This document shows, one piece after another, positions 35,493-45,265 of a stretch of DNA of 64,000 bases. The notes beneath the pieces are model-generated. The model made no database searches. It had not been told where the DNA came from and saw only the letters and a list, made by a program, of their open reading frames with translations. The stretch lies in the NCBI GenBank assembly GCA_041743715.1, contig JBGTMH010000004.1, positions 1,097 through 65,096 of the forward strand. Reading direction: 5' to 3'. Positions within the stretch are counted from its first letter, which is position 1. Every line of letters begins with the position of its first letter. The translations under genes and the position numbers were made by a program. This DNA comes from Patescibacteria group bacterium. Lineage in GTDB: Bacteria > Patescibacteriota > Microgenomatia > Levybacterales > UBA12049.

Positions 35493-36287
35493 TTATTTCG
35501 AATCCACCCACTCTTCAGGAGGTACCGACATTTCCATTATTATAAAGGCTGCTCCGGCCGGATCAGTGATCATGGCTATTTTCCCAACACCGATATCTTT
35601 GGGTTCCATATGTACTTTTCCTCCGAGTTCTTTTACTTTCGCGGCTGACTCTTGGATATTCTTAACAGTAAAATACACTGTCCAATTTGGCGGCATGCCT
35701 ACCATTTCCGGTGTGATAGCCATCATGCCACCATTATTGCGGCCGTTGTTTTTAATTGAAACGTATCCGGTTCCCTCATCTATTTCATACGTCCAACCCA
35801 AAAGGTCTGCATAAAATTGTTTTGCCTGGTCTAAGTCATTCGTGTACAGTTCATTCCAGCACATTGCTCCAACAACATTAATAATCTGTGCGCCGTGGTG
35901 TTTATTTGCCTGCCAAAGCGAAACATTTGCTCCTGTGGGATCTTGAATGGTAGACATCCTTCCTGAATCAAGCACATCCATGGGAGGCATCGTTACTTTT
36001 GCACCAAGTTTTGTGGCTTTGGCAGTCATTTCGTCAACATTATCGACGGTGATGTAATTGCTCCAGAATGATGGTATGTCTGGCATGAACGCCGGGCTTC
36101 CGCCGGCTACGTATTTCCCATCAAGCGAAAACATCGTATAATCCGGTTTTCCAGGTTCTGTCGGCATGTCTTCACTTGTCCATCCAAAAAGATCTGTCAG
36201 GAATTTTTTTGTGGCTTGGATATCTGTTGAGAAGAAGTCGGTCCAGGAAAATGTTCCTTGGGGGTATTTGGTAACTGTGTAGGACAT
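35493..36287 (-). CDS. Two-domain VOC (glyoxalase) family protein
   Basis: 264 aa with duplicated F..DLFGW...DP.GA motifs. Confidence 0.8.
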   Translation of the reverse strand: MSYTVTKYPQGTFSWTDFFSTDIQATKKFLTDLFGWTSEDMPTEPGKPDYTMFSLDGKYVAGGSPAFMPDIPSFWSNYITVDNVDEMTAKATKLGAKVTMPPMDVLDSGRMSTIQDPTGANVSLWQANKHHGAQIINVVGAMCWNELYTNDLDQAKQFYADLLGWTYEIDEGTGYVSIKNNGRNNGGMMAITPEMVGMPPNWTVYFTVKNIQESAAKVKELGGKVHMEPKDIGVGKIAMITDPAGAAFIIMEMSVPPEEWVDSK

Positions 36288-36347
36288 TGTATAATTATAA
36301 ATAATTATGAAACAAAATCAAGAGCCATTTGAGTCAATTATAAAAAG

Positions 36348-36356
36348 TGATATAAT
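36348..36356 (+). promoter_or_regulatory. Extended -10 box TGaTATAAT, 8 nt upstream of ATG 36365
   Basis: tgatataat, spacer agttgaga, then ATG. Confidence 0.4.
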
Positions 36357-36364
36357 AGTTGAGA

Positions 36365-36958
36365 ATGAAAAAGGGTTTGGTAATTATTTCCACGATTTTA
36401 TTTTTTGTCCTTTTCCCTACTACCTCTTTTGCCGCACAGAATGACGATAATAATGGAATCATAAAAAGAGTTTCTCTAATGATTGCCCAGGTGATAGAAC
36501 CTATCAAAATAAATATTGGGCTTCTTACTGGAAGAGTAGAAAAGATAGAAAACACAGTTCAGAATAATCCCAACCAAGAGGAAATTGTTACTGAAGCAGT
36601 TAAGACTGTGAATGAGGACGTAGCGATTGATTCAATACTTGGGATTTGGCGGGCGCAGAATATTTATTCTAAGGAAGATAAGGACAACAACGGTCAATTT
36701 GACTATGCCGAACGACTCGACCAACTTTTCCGAAGCGGCAATCTTATCGATAATGTTCTGGTAGGAGGTGTAAAGCAAGGCTATACATATACAATACAGA
36801 TCAATCCCAATGCCAATATCCCCGGATGGAATGCAGTTGCCAAACCGAAAAAAATAAACAAAACTGGCAATAGATCCTTTTATATCGATGAAACAGGTGT
36901 CATACGGGCAAGTTCGAGTGGAGAAATAGGTCCCCAGAGCCCTCCTCTTAAAAATTAG
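36365..36958 (+). CDS. secreted protein, unknown function
   Basis: Signal peptide MKKGLVIISTILFFVLFPTTSFA. The C-terminal GYTYTIQ...WNAVAKP...GNRSFYIDETGVIR vaguely resembles pilin-like globular domains, but there is no prepilin signal. Confidence 0.5.
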   Translation: MKKGLVIISTILFFVLFPTTSFAAQNDDNNGIIKRVSLMIAQVIEPIKINIGLLTGRVEKIENTVQNNPNQEEIVTEAVKTVNEDVAIDSILGIWRAQNIYSKEDKDNNGQFDYAERLDQLFRSGNLIDNVLVGGVKQGYTYTIQINPNANIPGWNAVAKPKKINKTGNRSFYIDETGVIRASSSGEIGPQSPPLKN

Positions 36959-37243
36959 CAAATGAAGATATACTACATCACCCCAAGATCAACTGTCATC
37001 AATATGATCTGATTTCATACGTTATTATTACAATAATTAGGCATATCAGCGGTTTGACAAACACACATTGTTATTATATATTTATTTTTTATTACTGGAA
37101 ATTTTAAGAGTTAATATATGTCTATTGATTACTCATTTTTTCAATTAGCAATACGATTTGTTGCATATAGGTATACCTTTTAACGCATCCCGACTCCGGT
37201 CCAAACAAACTGAGTTGGAGTCATTCGAAAGGAGGTGAAATGA

Positions 37244-37780
37244 ATGAAATTAACAAAAAAAATTGGTGGCATTCTCGCTACAGGAGCGTTGCTCGCAGGT
37301 ATTGCAGCACCGACTGCTTTTGCAGCACCTGGAGCACAGGGGTTTGATGTGTACGATAACACGAATGATGGTCTCCAAGTAGGGACAGACTCCGATACAG
37401 GAAATGTTGTGGTGAATGCAAACCCTGGTGGTCAATCACGATTGATCGTTCAAGCACATTTGCAAAAGGCTGCTCCAAATTGTACCTACAATGTGGAGTT
37501 GGTGAGAGCAAGCTCTGCTTCAAACGGAGGGTTGGATGGCACTGGGCACACCGGATCTCCAACAGTGATTGGTACTTTGACTACAAATGGTGGAGGTAAT
37601 GGCAATGCGCATTTTGATGTCGACTTAGGAACAGATCCTTTAGACACTGATGTCTATGCTCACCTTGACTTTGAAGCCGTTGGAACCTGTACTGAAGCAG
37701 ACGGGACCAATGTCGTTGCCAATGAGTACGGTGCAGCACCAGATCCTGCGCTTGGTACACCTTTAACCTTTAAAGATTAA
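37244..37780 (+). CDS. secreted protein, unknown function
   Basis: SD ggaggtg and signal peptide MKLTKKIGGILATGALLAGIAAPTAFA; Gly/Thr/Asn-rich. Confidence 0.6.
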   Translation: MKLTKKIGGILATGALLAGIAAPTAFAAPGAQGFDVYDNTNDGLQVGTDSDTGNVVVNANPGGQSRLIVQAHLQKAAPNCTYNVELVRASSASNGGLDGTGHTGSPTVIGTLTTNGGGNGNAHFDVDLGTDPLDTDVYAHLDFEAVGTCTEADGTNVVANEYGAAPDPALGTPLTFKD

Positions 37781-38031
37781 GGAAGGTTTTTAACGTACGT
37801 TTTTTTTAAAACCCTCGACGTTTGTTGCCGGGGGTTTTTGTATAATTTGTAGGAGGAGCTCATGCATATCGTTTTTGCGCTCTTGGAGAAAGACACAACT
37901 CGCGTTATTTTTATACCTCTCGCTAAGTGCACATAAGTAGAAGAATAAAGACAGAATGCCTCACTTGTGGTAGAAGTACTGTGTTTTCGGATAAATGCCA
38001 AAAATGATCGAATTCTGATATACTTTCTGTT

Positions 38032-39363
38032 GTGAAAACCTTTTACCATCTTCTCGGCACAGCACTTATTGTCTCTACTACAAATAATTTTGTGTGGTTT
38101 GCCCTGACATACTGGGTGTATCTGGAAACCAAATCTGTTATTTCAACTTCCACCGTAGCGGGTATTTTTCTTGTGGCGACGGCTGTCTGCGGATTTTGGT
38201 TTGGCTCAATTGTTGATCATAACAAGAAAAAACACGCGATGCTTGGGTCAAGTGCGGTGACGCTGATTCTTTTTGCCCTCGGTTTTCTCCTGTATACCAT
38301 AACGCCAGCCAGTGCATTTACAACAGTAACAAGTCCAATACTGTGGGTGTTAGTGCTCATACTTCTTTGTGGTGCTATAGCTGGAAATATTTATAATATA
38401 GCCATACCTACTCTTGTAACTGTTTTGGTGCCCGAGAACAGACGCGATCGGGCAAATGGACTTTTCGGTACAGTCATGGGTGTTGCTTTCGCGATTACCT
38501 CAGTTGCGAGTGGGTTGGTCCTGGCATATGGAGGAATGTTTTGGGTCCTTATTACTGCAATCGCATTTACCATGCTTGCGATTCTCTACCTCAACTTTAT
38601 TCCCGTCCATGAAAAAGAGGTAGTCCATAGAGGAGTCCTGCCCGCAGATGCTTCGCATACAGCGATGCAGGCGGGGGAGCAATCAAAGAACATTGATATT
38701 AAGGGAACAATCAAAGCTATCAAATCTATACCTGGACTTTTTGCGCTCATATTTTTTACCACTTTTAATAATTTTCTCGGTGGCGTGTTTTTTGCCTTAA
38801 TGGATGCATATGGTCTTACGCTTGTTTCTGTTGAGGTGTGGGGTTTTTTATGGGGATTTTTGAGTCTTGGTTTTATTTTTGGTGGGCTTTATATTGCGAA
38901 AAAAGGTTTGGGGAAAAATCCGCTGCGTACATTGTTTCAGGTAAATATTATTATGTGGACCGTCTGCATTTTCTTTACCATACAGCAGTCAATCGTCCTT
39001 TTGGCAATCGGTATGTTTATCTATATGTGTCTGATTCCTTTTGTCGAGGCAACTGAGCAAACAATTATTCAAAAAGTCGTACCCCCCGAGCGTCAGGGAA
39101 GAGTCTTCGGTTTTGCGCAGAGCGTTGAACAAGGAGCTTCACCAATGACCGCATTTCTCATCGGGCCAATCGCGCACTTTATTTTTATCCCGTTTATGAC
39201 AACAGGAGCAGGCGTTCAGTTGATAGGAGATTGGTTTGGTGTAGGAACAGGTCGTGGTATTGCGGTGGTTTTTATTCTCGCCGGAATTATCGGACTGATC
39301 GTGACACTCATTGCAATGCGATCGCATGCATACAAATTACTATCAAAGCGATATCTCGAGTAA
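38032..39363 (+). CDS. MFS transporter
   Basis: 443 aa with about 12 TM helices. GTG start without an obvious SD. Confidence 0.75.
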   Translation: MKTFYHLLGTALIVSTTNNFVWFALTYWVYLETKSVISTSTVAGIFLVATAVCGFWFGSIVDHNKKKHAMLGSSAVTLILFALGFLLYTITPASAFTTVTSPILWVLVLILLCGAIAGNIYNIAIPTLVTVLVPENRRDRANGLFGTVMGVAFAITSVASGLVLAYGGMFWVLITAIAFTMLAILYLNFIPVHEKEVVHRGVLPADASHTAMQAGEQSKNIDIKGTIKAIKSIPGLFALIFFTTFNNFLGGVFFALMDAYGLTLVSVEVWGFLWGFLSLGFIFGGLYIAKKGLGKNPLRTLFQVNIIMWTVCIFFTIQQSIVLLAIGMFIYMCLIPFVEATEQTIIQKVVPPERQGRVFGFAQSVEQGASPMTAFLIGPIAHFIFIPFMTTGAGVQLIGDWFGVGTGRGIAVVFILAGIIGLIVTLIAMRSHAYKLLSKRYLE

Positions 39364-39371
39364 TCTGACGT

Positions 39372-39779
39372 TTATAGTGTAGCATCGGAGCCATCTAAAG
39401 CCACAGAATTGCCATTATTTCCCTCGGGACGATTATCGTACTTCACACGTGCTTTTTTCACTTCTGGGTAGTGGTCTCTTGCCCAATTGCAAAGGTTTGC
39501 TAATATTTTTACCAATGACATCCCAAGTGGCGTTAAGGAATATTCTACTTGAGGAGGAACAACAGGATAGACTTTTCGCGTAACGACCCCATCACGTTCA
39601 AGGCTTCGGAGTGTTTGCGTCAATACTTTTTGTGTAATTCCTTGGGCCATTCGTTGCAATTCACTCGTGCGCATGGGTTTTTCGGATATGAGATACACGA
39701 TCAATGCAGTCCATTTCCCAGACACAGCATCAATTACCTGGAGTGTTGGATTATCAGATGGAGGAGGCGGGGGTACCAT
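39372..39779 (-). CDS. HxlR family winged-helix transcriptional regulator
   Basis: VSGKWTALIVYLISEKPMRTSELQRMAQGITQKVLTQTLRSLERDGVVTRKVYPVVPPQVEYSLTPLG. The start is either ATG 39779 or ATG 39830. Confidence 0.8.
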   Translation of the reverse strand: MVPPPPPSDNPTLQVIDAVSGKWTALIVYLISEKPMRTSELQRMAQGITQKVLTQTLRSLERDGVVTRKVYPVVPPQVEYSLTPLGMSLVKILANLCNWARDHYPEVKKARVKYDNRPEGNNGNSVALDGSDATL

Positions 39780-39871
39780 GTGGTCACTATAACACGAATT
39801 AGTACCTAATTGCAAAATGAGCGGGTTCAAGTATACTTTCCTTTAGTTAAAAAGAGAGAGGAGGTGATACT

Positions 39872-40351
39872 ATGCGTAAAAAAATAATCATATTCACGGG
39901 AACACTAAGTGCCTTGGCATTGTTGATCGGCTTGGCAGTTTTTCCGACCGTTCAAGCAACTGCGGTTGACGACGACCGTAGTGGCAAAAATTTGCAGCTT
40001 GTGATACGTACAACAGGGAGGACTCCCGTTGACCTGCCGCCAACAGGTGCAAGTGCCGGTGACAAAGTAGTGTTTGACAATCCACTTTATGACCGCATGA
40101 ACACAAATCAAGTCGGTGCGTCAAAAGGGGTATGTGAACAGATCGGCGGATCTGAAAGCGTCTATCATTGCGTTGTCACTTTTGTACTCGCTGATGGTCA
40201 AATCACAGGTCAAGGTGTAGCGGACTTTGCTCAGACGCCTCAAACTGTCGCAGTTACTGGCGGGACAGGTAAATATAAACGAGCTCAAGGGCAGGTCACA
40301 TTTACTGAAACTTCTCCTACGACGGATGAAATTAGAGTTGAGCTGAAATAA
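39872..40351 (+). CDS. secreted small beta-rich protein, unknown function
   Basis: SD gaggaggtg with a signal peptide. VTGGTGKYKRAQGQVTF is reminiscent of dirigent/allene-oxide-cyclase-like barrels (weak). Confidence 0.5.
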   Translation: MRKKIIIFTGTLSALALLIGLAVFPTVQATAVDDDRSGKNLQLVIRTTGRTPVDLPPTGASAGDKVVFDNPLYDRMNTNQVGASKGVCEQIGGSESVYHCVVTFVLADGQITGQGVADFAQTPQTVAVTGGTGKYKRAQGQVTFTETSPTTDEIRVELK

Positions 40352-40518
40352 CACATTTTCGTATTCAAAGTTAGCGAAGGAAGGCTTAGCATATGGGGTG
40401 AGACGGCGTGTTGAGATATACGCCGTCGAACCTCATTGTGAAGTTCAGGCTATCGTTTAACGCTAAAAGCCTGAAGCATTTTATTGATCAGAGAGTCTAT
40501 GCATGGTACACTAATGCT

Positions 40519-40812
40519 ATGTTCAGTTTATATGGAAAGTTTACCGCGCACGAGGGTAAGCGGGATGAATTGATAGGCTATATACTTGAATCCGCTGATC
40601 AATTAGATGGTTGCAAACTTTATATTGTCAACAAATCACCTGATGATGAAAATGCTGTCTATGTCTATGAGGTTTGGGAGAGCAAAGAAGCACATCATGC
40701 GTCCCTTGATAACGAAAAAGTGAAAACAGCTATTCAAAAAGCAATGCCACTCATCGCTGGGATGTCCGACCAAACGACACTTACTCCAGTTGAAGGTAGT
40801 AAAGGTTTATAA
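40519..40812 (+). CDS. Antibiotic biosynthesis monooxygenase (ABM) domain protein
   Basis: MFSLYGKFTAHEGKRDEL...VYVYEVWESKEAHHASL. An internal ATG is preferred over the longer track ORF. Confidence 0.65.
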   Translation: MFSLYGKFTAHEGKRDELIGYILESADQLDGCKLYIVNKSPDDENAVYVYEVWESKEAHHASLDNEKVKTAIQKAMPLIAGMSDQTTLTPVEGSKGL

Positions 40813-40830
40813 GTATTACTCCATTACTTT

Positions 40831-40839
40831 TGGTATAAT
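40831..40839 (+). promoter_or_regulatory. Extended -10 box TGgTATAAT, 6 nt upstream of ATG 40846
   Basis: tggtataat, spacer ttatat, then ATG. Confidence 0.45.
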
Positions 40840-40845
40840 TTATAT

Positions 40846-42093
40846 ATGCTAAGAAAACCTCAAAGTATTCAGAACATTTATCTTTACCTCGTACTTGGAA
40901 ACACATTGGCTGCATCATTTATTTGGGGGATCAATACAATTTTTCTTCTTGATGCGGGGCTCAGTAACTTTGAAGCGTTTTTGGCGAATGCCTTTTTTTC
41001 TGTGGGAATGGTACTTTTTGAGGTTCCGACAGGAATCATTGCTGACACCTATGGGAGAAGGACCTCCTATCTTCTCGGAACAATTACCCTTTCAGTTTCA
41101 ACTGCACTGTATCTCGTAATGTGGCAAATACATGGTCCTTTTTGGGGTTGGGCTGTGTCTTCATTGCTTCTAGGACTTGGGTTTACATTCTTCTCAGGTG
41201 CGCTTGAAGCATGGCTTGTTGATGCTTTAAAAGCCACGAATTTTAAAGGAAATCTTGAAAGTGTTTTTTCCAAAGGACAAATTGTCGGGGGAGTGGCGAT
41301 GCTAACGGGCTCTGTAGCGGGGGGAGTAATCGCGCAATTCACAAATCTCGGTGTTCCTTATATCTTACGAGCTGCAATCTTAATCATAAATTTTGCAACA
41401 GCGTATTTCTTAATGCGCGATTTAGGATTTACGCCGAAGAAACCAAAGCATCCAATTGGTGAGATGAAAAATATTTTTGATAAATCTGTCCAGCATGGTT
41501 TGAAAAACCCACCTGTCCGGTGGATTATGATTGCGGCACCATTTACGACAGGAGTCAGTTTTTATGTTTTTTATGCGCTGCAGCCATATTTACTCCAGCT
41601 ATATGGTGATGAAAAAGCGTATAGTATAGCGGGTTTAATTGCGGCACTGGTCGCATCCGCTCAAATAGTAGGAGGAATCGCGGCACCTCATGTGCGAAAA
41701 AGATTCAATAAAAGAACAGACATACTTCTTCAAGGGACGTTGGTTACCGGACTTATTTTACTCTTGGTACCCCTAGTTAATAATTTCTGGATCGCAATCA
41801 TTCTTATTTTCACTTGGGGACTCCTTTTTGCAGCACTGTCACCAATCAGACAAGCATATCTCAACGGACTTATTCCTTCTGAACAGCGAGCCACGGTACT
41901 TTCATTTGATTCAATGATCGGATCAAGCGGGGGGATAATCACACAACCAGCCCTAGGAAAAGCAGCTGATGTCTGGGGTTACGCAACTTCATATATGATT
42001 TCCGCTTTTATCCAAATGGCGGCACTACCATTTATCTATCTTGCCAAAAAAGAGAAAGCAAAGTCAGATGATATAAAAGCGGAAGAAAAATAA
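40846..42093 (+). CDS. MFS transporter
   Basis: 415 aa; GIIADTYGRRTSYLLG (motif A) and 12 TM helices. Confidence 0.8.
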   Translation: MLRKPQSIQNIYLYLVLGNTLAASFIWGINTIFLLDAGLSNFEAFLANAFFSVGMVLFEVPTGIIADTYGRRTSYLLGTITLSVSTALYLVMWQIHGPFWGWAVSSLLLGLGFTFFSGALEAWLVDALKATNFKGNLESVFSKGQIVGGVAMLTGSVAGGVIAQFTNLGVPYILRAAILIINFATAYFLMRDLGFTPKKPKHPIGEMKNIFDKSVQHGLKNPPVRWIMIAAPFTTGVSFYVFYALQPYLLQLYGDEKAYSIAGLIAALVASAQIVGGIAAPHVRKRFNKRTDILLQGTLVTGLILLLVPLVNNFWIAIILIFTWGLLFAALSPIRQAYLNGLIPSEQRATVLSFDSMIGSSGGIITQPALGKAADVWGYATSYMISAFIQMAALPFIYLAKKEKAKSDDIKAEEK

Positions 42094-42138
42094 TCTCCTC
42101 ACGTAGTCTACTTTCAGAAGTTGTACTAAAGAATACTT

Positions 42139-42147
42139 TGTTATAAT
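42139..42147 (+). promoter_or_regulatory. Extended -10 box TGtTATAAT, 6 nt upstream of GTG 42154
   Basis: tgttataat, spacer gatcta, then GTG. Confidence 0.4.
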
Positions 42148-42153
42148 GATCTA

Positions 42154-42900
42154 GTGTCTGAGTTTTTGATACCACTCGGGGTAATGCTTCTTGGTGTTAT
42201 TGTCGGATTTGCAGATTCCATAGTTGGGAGCGGGGGGTTACTTTCTATCCCAATGCTTATTTTCTTCGGGTTGCCACCACAAGTTGCCATAGCTACCGAT
42301 AGGCTTGGATCAGTTGGCCAGATCATAGGTGCACTCGCAAAGTATTGGAAAGCTCAAGAAATAGTCTGGAAATATGTTCCGATTTTTTCCATTTTGTCAC
42401 TACTTGGCGCAGTTATTGGTGCGAACATTTTACTTTCTATTGATCCAACAATCATGCAGCGGGTCATTGGTGCTTTTCTTCTCCTCACGTTGCCTATTCT
42501 CTTTGTAAGAAATCATAAAGAAGTCAAACGAGTTGCAGATGGAATTGTGAGAAAAGTAGTGGGGTATAGTGTCTACTTTTTGATTATGGTTTATAACGGG
42601 TTTCTTGGGACAGGGGCAGATCCGCTTGTCATCTATTGCTCACGCCTTTTTTTCCGGCTTTCAATTATAAAGTCCAATGCAACCACGATGATTCCATGGT
42701 TTATCTTATCAGTGGTTTCACTAGTGATTTTTACTCAAAAGGGAATAGTAGATTATTCAGTTGGTATTATGTTACTCGTTGGTATGACTATCGGAGGTTA
42801 TATTGGTGCGCATACGTTACTTAAAATTAGTGATACATGGGTAAAACGTTTATTTATCTCTGTGGTACTTATTTCAGGAGTAAAGCTTCTTTTCTTTTAA
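42154..42900 (+). CDS. TauE/SafE family sulfite/anion exporter
   Basis: 248 aa with about 8 TM helices. GFADSIVGSGGLLSIPMLIF is typical of the family. Confidence 0.75.
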   Translation: MSEFLIPLGVMLLGVIVGFADSIVGSGGLLSIPMLIFFGLPPQVAIATDRLGSVGQIIGALAKYWKAQEIVWKYVPIFSILSLLGAVIGANILLSIDPTIMQRVIGAFLLLTLPILFVRNHKEVKRVADGIVRKVVGYSVYFLIMVYNGFLGTGADPLVIYCSRLFFRLSIIKSNATTMIPWFILSVVSLVIFTQKGIVDYSVGIMLLVGMTIGGYIGAHTLLKISDTWVKRLFISVVLISGVKLLFF

Positions 42901-42941
42901 TTATGCTGATTGCTATGAAGGCATCATGTTTCAGAAAGTGT

Positions 42942-43292
42942 TCAAATTTTCTGTAAATGAGTATCCTTAAATCCGCTTGGGTACTTCAGTCCATACCCTA
43001 ACAATCTATCGAGTGCAACGTGGGCAAAGAGGATGATGCCTATTTGTGTTATGAGACTGTTTTGCAATGGTAGAAAACCAAGTCCAATAACAATGAGAGC
43101 AAGAACATAGTTATGGCCGATATTATAAGTAATTGCTCCGAGTCTTTTATCTTTCAAATAACCAATCATCGAAATATCTGGAGTAAAAAGTAGTGCGAAA
43201 AATAAAATCCAATTTCCCTCTAAGAGATGATAGAAGTAGAGTGCGGTAAGTAAAAAAATAAGGCCTTCCAAATGGAGTAGTTTTTTTACCAT
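42942..43292 (-). CDS. DUF4260-like membrane protein
   Basis: 116 aa; PDISMIGYL...GAITYNIGHNY pattern. Confidence 0.55.
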   Translation of the reverse strand: MVKKLLHLEGLIFLLTALYFYHLLEGNWILFFALLFTPDISMIGYLKDKRLGAITYNIGHNYVLALIVIGLGFLPLQNSLITQIGIILFAHVALDRLLGYGLKYPSGFKDTHLQKI

Positions 43293-43309
43293 AGGTTAAG
43301 TATAGCATT

Positions 43310-43318
43310 TGTTATAAT
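43310..43318 (+). promoter_or_regulatory. Extended -10 box TGtTATAAT, 7 nt upstream of ATG 43326
   Basis: tgttataat, spacer atgtcat, then ATG. Confidence 0.4.
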
Positions 43319-43325
43319 ATGTCAT

Positions 43326-43622
43326 ATGTTCTCCAAAAACTTTTTTCCAGTAGGGACACCGAAAGAAAAGATCATCAAAGCGATGAAGCAGGACGGGTTC
43401 GATCCCAAACTCGTTAACGATCCTCAGGGATTGGTTTATGAACAACATCAACATGATGATACAAAACTTCTTGTTTGCTTGCAGGGTTCACAGAAGATAA
43501 AGGTATTGGATAAAGAATACAACTTTGAACCTGGAGACAAACTTTATATACCTAGTAATACACTTCACAGCGGAGTAGTTGGACCCAAAGGCTGCTTATA
43601 TTACTGGTCTGAGAAGGATTGA
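43326..43622 (+). CDS. cupin domain protein
   Basis: 98 aa; HQHDDTKLLVCLQGS...GDKLYIPSNTLHSG. Confidence 0.65.
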   Translation: MFSKNFFPVGTPKEKIIKAMKQDGFDPKLVNDPQGLVYEQHQHDDTKLLVCLQGSQKIKVLDKEYNFEPGDKLYIPSNTLHSGVVGPKGCLYYWSEKD

Positions 43623-43658
43623 GCTTTCGAGTAATTTGGAATTGATTTTTCTAGTTAA

Positions 43659-44333
43659 TTAAGAAACAGTGGGGCTTTCTTTTAATTTTTTCTTAGGAGT
43701 TGCTGCTTTTGTTTTCTTCTTAGCCGCAGCTTTTTCTTTTTTAGGTTTTTCTTCAGTTACTTCTTCAACAATTTCTTCAATGATATCTTCATCAAGTTCG
43801 GAATCCAGAGGAAGGGGTTCTACAGTAACAGAAGGGGTAAGCAAGGTGAGTATCTTATCCATTTTTGCGTTCAGAGTTTCAAATTGTATTTTATAGTTAG
43901 GTTGGTCGTTTGTTCTGTTGCGGTTATCGTTTCTGTCTCCGCCTTTGGCGGAAAAACGCGAATTGTCAGAGTTTCTTGTGTCAGTCCCTTCATTTTTTTC
44001 AAAACATCTGCTGCAAAAAACCTGTCTTCCTTCTCTTGGTTGAAAGGGGATTTTACAGTTGTCTCCGCAATTCGCGCATACGGCATCATACATTGGCCTA
44101 TCCTCAGAGCCTGACCTTTCGAATCTTCTTCCTTCAAATCTATTTGTGTCTGGACCTGTGTTTTGGAAGCAATCCCTGCAATAAACGGGCTTGCTGCCTG
44201 TCGGTCGAAAAGGAACTTCACATGCTTTTCCGCAGTTGCTGCATGTTGCTTGATGCATAGAAGGTCTGTCGGAACCGCGACTGTTAAAGTCTCGTCTTCC
44301 TCCTGATCTATTGTCTCTTTTATAATCTCCCAC
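43659..44333 (-). CDS. Arg/Gly/Asp-rich protein with two tandem CxxC-x17-CxxC zinc-ribbon modules and a Lys-rich tail
   Basis: CSNCGKACEVPFRPTGSKPVYCRDCF and CANCGDNCKIPFQPREGRQVFCSRCF. Low-complexity R/G/N/D linkers and a C-terminal KKEKAAAKKKTKAATPKKK. Confidence 0.6.
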   Translation of the reverse strand: MGDYKRDNRSGGRRDFNSRGSDRPSMHQATCSNCGKACEVPFRPTGSKPVYCRDCFQNTGPDTNRFEGRRFERSGSEDRPMYDAVCANCGDNCKIPFQPREGRQVFCSRCFEKNEGTDTRNSDNSRFSAKGGDRNDNRNRTNDQPNYKIQFETLNAKMDKILTLLTPSVTVEPLPLDSELDEDIIEEIVEEVTEEKPKKEKAAAKKKTKAATPKKKLKESPTVS

Positions 44334-44468
44334 AAAAGGGATTGTATCACAAGTTCATGAAATATGTCAGAGTATTTTTATTTTAGCTCATCCTTACGTA
44401 CCCCATACACTTTTTAAATGCAGAGATTGGTATCATAGAAAGAGAAAGAAGGGGGGTGAATTAAAAAT

Positions 44469-44732
44469 ATGAATTTTTTAGTATTTATTGTTTTTGGGGC
44501 AATCGCGGGATGGGTCGCATCTCTTGTTATGAAAACGAATGCCAAGCAAGGACTGCTGATGGATATCGTGTTGGGTATAATCGGTGCATTTCTCGGCGGA
44601 TTTATTATGAATGCACTTGGTCAGCCTGGAGTCACAGGATTTGATTTATATAGTTTTGTCGTTGCCGTTATTGGAGCGAGCATTATTATTTATGCGGGAC
44701 GGCGATTTCATCACAAGAGAGGGGCACATTAA
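44469..44732 (+). CDS. GlsB/YeaQ/YmgE (transglycosylase-associated) stress membrane protein
   Basis: GAIAGWVASLVM...DIVLGIIGAFLGGFI. Confidence 0.8.
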   Translation: MNFLVFIVFGAIAGWVASLVMKTNAKQGLLMDIVLGIIGAFLGGFIMNALGQPGVTGFDLYSFVVAVIGASIIIYAGRRFHHKRGAH

Positions 44733-45265
44733 CGAAATAAATTACGAAGTTTTTTTCGTACATTAGACCACGTGCCCAACTGTATGTTGGGAGCGCTTTC
44801 TGTTTTTGCTTGCGTATGTTGTAGGGCGGATTCAATGAGCAACAGTTGGTTTCTGGATACGAGAGGAAGATTTTCAAAAGAGAAAAATTGAGCTTCTTTT
44901 ACTTCAGAACTTGCGACAAATGCACCTCCAATATATTTCCCGACTAGTGGAATATCCAATCGGGCGCTTTCCCTGTCGGTTTTTATGTTAAGTTGGTAAT
45001 CCATACTGACCGTTAATCCTGATTCTTCTTCTATTTCCCGCTCCAGTCCTTCAGCTGGATGCTCTTTTGCCTTGATATAACCTCCAGGTAGGCTCCATTC
45101 AGTCTGTCTATAGGTGTGTTTAAAAAGTAATACTTCTTTTTTTTCGTTAAAAACGACACCAGTTACGCCAATGAGAAATTGGTCTTGGAACAAACGCATG
45201 ATAAAAAGCTGGACGCTTTTGGGGAGGGCGAGAAAACGCCATAGTTTGGCAAGCAAATTCTTCAC
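44729..45265 (-). CDS. NUDIX hydrolase
   Basis: Nudix box LPGGYIKAKEHPAEGLEREIEEESGL. Confidence 0.8.
   Translation of the reverse strand: MKNLLAKLWRFLALPKSVQLFIMRLFQDQFLIGVTGVVFNEKKEVLLFKHTYRQTEWSLPGGYIKAKEHPAEGLEREIEEESGLTVSMDYQLNIKTDRESARLDIPLVGKYIGGAFVASSEVKEAQFFSFENLPLVSRNQLLLIESALQHTQAKTESAPNIQLGTWSNVRKKLRNLFR

Noticed and set aside
43871-44350. A 159-aa alternative-frame ORF and two plus-strand ORFs overlapping the zinc-ribbon protein gene.
   Set aside because: The 224-aa frame carries the duplicated CxxC...CxxC modules. The other frames show no structure and arise from low-complexity sequence.
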